Shown piece by piece: positions 41,843 through 42,030 of a stretch of 42,030 bases of DNA. How positions within the stretch are numbered: position 1 is the stretch's first letter; every line of letters begins with the position of its first letter. The position numbers and the translations under genes are program-made. This DNA comes from Candidatus Daviesbacteria bacterium RIFCSPHIGHO2_01_FULL_40_11. GTDB taxonomy: Bacteria > Patescibacteriota > Microgenomatia > Daviesbacterales > UBA10151. The notes beneath the pieces were generated by a model. That model was not told the origin of the DNA, did no database searches, and saw nothing but the letters and a program-made list of their open reading frames with translations. The stretch lies in the NCBI GenBank assembly GCA_001776635.1, contig MFCP01000021.1, positions 1-42,030 on the forward strand. Direction: 5' to 3'.

Positions 41843-41871
41843 ATTATAGCTGATTATGACGTTTTTGCGAA
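41843..41871 (-). promoter_or_regulatory. Promoter of secA
   Basis: Minus strand: TTCGCA, 17 nt, TATAAT, 7 nt, ATG(41835). Confidence 0.5.
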
Positions 41872-41928
41872 GCAAAAAGGCAAAGTTCTTTGAAAAGGTC
41901 CTTATATAAGACCCTTATATCTTGTTGA

Positions 41929-41957
41929 TTGACAATTTGTAATTCCTTTTATACACT
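41929..41957 (+). promoter_or_regulatory. Promoter of the right-edge gene
   Basis: TTGACA, 17 nt, TACACT. Here the ATG (41983) is 25 nt downstream, so this transcript would not be leaderless. Confidence 0.4.
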
Positions 41958-41982
41958 AACAATATCTAAATAATCTGTCCTA

Positions 41983-42030
41983 ATGGATAATCAGAACGAT
42001 CCAAATTCAACTAATAACCCAAATTATCCG
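41983..42030 (+). CDS. Possible 5' end of a CDS running off the right edge
   Basis: ATG at 41983, open for 16 codons (MDNQNDPNSTNNPNYP). A promoter lies upstream: TTGACA, 17 nt, TACACT. Too short to judge. Confidence 0.25.
   Translation, partial: MDNQNDPNSTNNPNYP

Noticed and set aside
41900-41920. Direct repeat CCTTATAT (41900-41907, 41913-41920), embedded palindrome CTTATATAAG, and hairpin TTTTTGC-gaa-GCAAAAA (41862-41878) between the divergent secA and right-edge promoters
   Set aside because: These are short, AT-rich and expected by chance in an AT-rich intergenic region. No regulator gene is visible to link them to. They are noted only as possible operator-like sequence.
1-42030. CRISPR arrays, transposases/integrases, prophage genes, toxin-antitoxin or restriction/defence modules, tRNA or rRNA genes
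   Set aside because: I found no repeat-spacer periodicity, no terminal inverted repeats, no recombinase-like ORFs, no T-loop (GTTCGAATC-like) or rRNA-like segments, and no nuclease/ATPase defence-type ORFs. Every large ORF is accounted for by glycosylation, envelope or housekeeping functions.

Overview
AT-rich, tightly packed bacterial window with short or overlapping gene junctions. By inference it resembles a Candidate Phyla Radiation (Patescibacteria, Microgenomates/Parcubacteria-like) genome. I support 35 protein-coding genes (2 partial at the window edges), 1 structured-RNA candidate, 1 coding microsatellite, several hairpins/terminators and 18 promoter-like sites. All family calls come from motif recognition by eye; no database search was run.

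Content by theme:
(1) Surface glycosylation genes dominate the window. Nt 1-14698 carry two ALG5/DPM1-like GT2 polyprenyl-phosphate sugar synthases, one fused to a GT-C domain. A third GT2 is fused to GtrA. The same stretch has a Wzx-like flippase, at least 6 GT-C-type polytopic membrane proteins, and a large partial CDS (1..2976, minus strand) that the ORF track misses because it has no in-window stop. A second set of GT-C-like genes lies at 27215-38019.
(2) A nucleotide-sugar module: rfbA-rfbB-rfbC-rfbD, gmd, and a separate galE.
(3) Housekeeping genes: secA, prfB (single frame, no programmed frameshift), ftsE-ftsX with a coiled-coil M23 peptidase, tsaE, a very short tsaB, nnrD, and a CofE-family ligase.

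Most interesting observations:
- A membrane-anchored Cys-rich protein ends in a Hint (Hedgehog/intein-like) domain that lacks the C-terminal Asn.
- The FtsEX-associated M23 domain appears circularly permuted.
- The same gene carries a (CCCTATA)x4.9 heptanucleotide repeat in its coding sequence.
- Seventeen starts (16 CDS starts plus the RNA gene) are preceded by a -10-like hexamer, and 16 of these lie 6-9 nt upstream of a CDS start codon (3 of them GTG); 12 hexamers are of the extended TGnTAnnnT type. This implies leaderless mRNAs.
- A GC-richer RNA locus with its own strong promoter carries RNase P RNA-like blocks in an atypical, reduced arrangement.
- A new secreted domain is shared by two proteins at opposite ends of the window.

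I saw no CRISPR array, mobile element, tRNA or rRNA.
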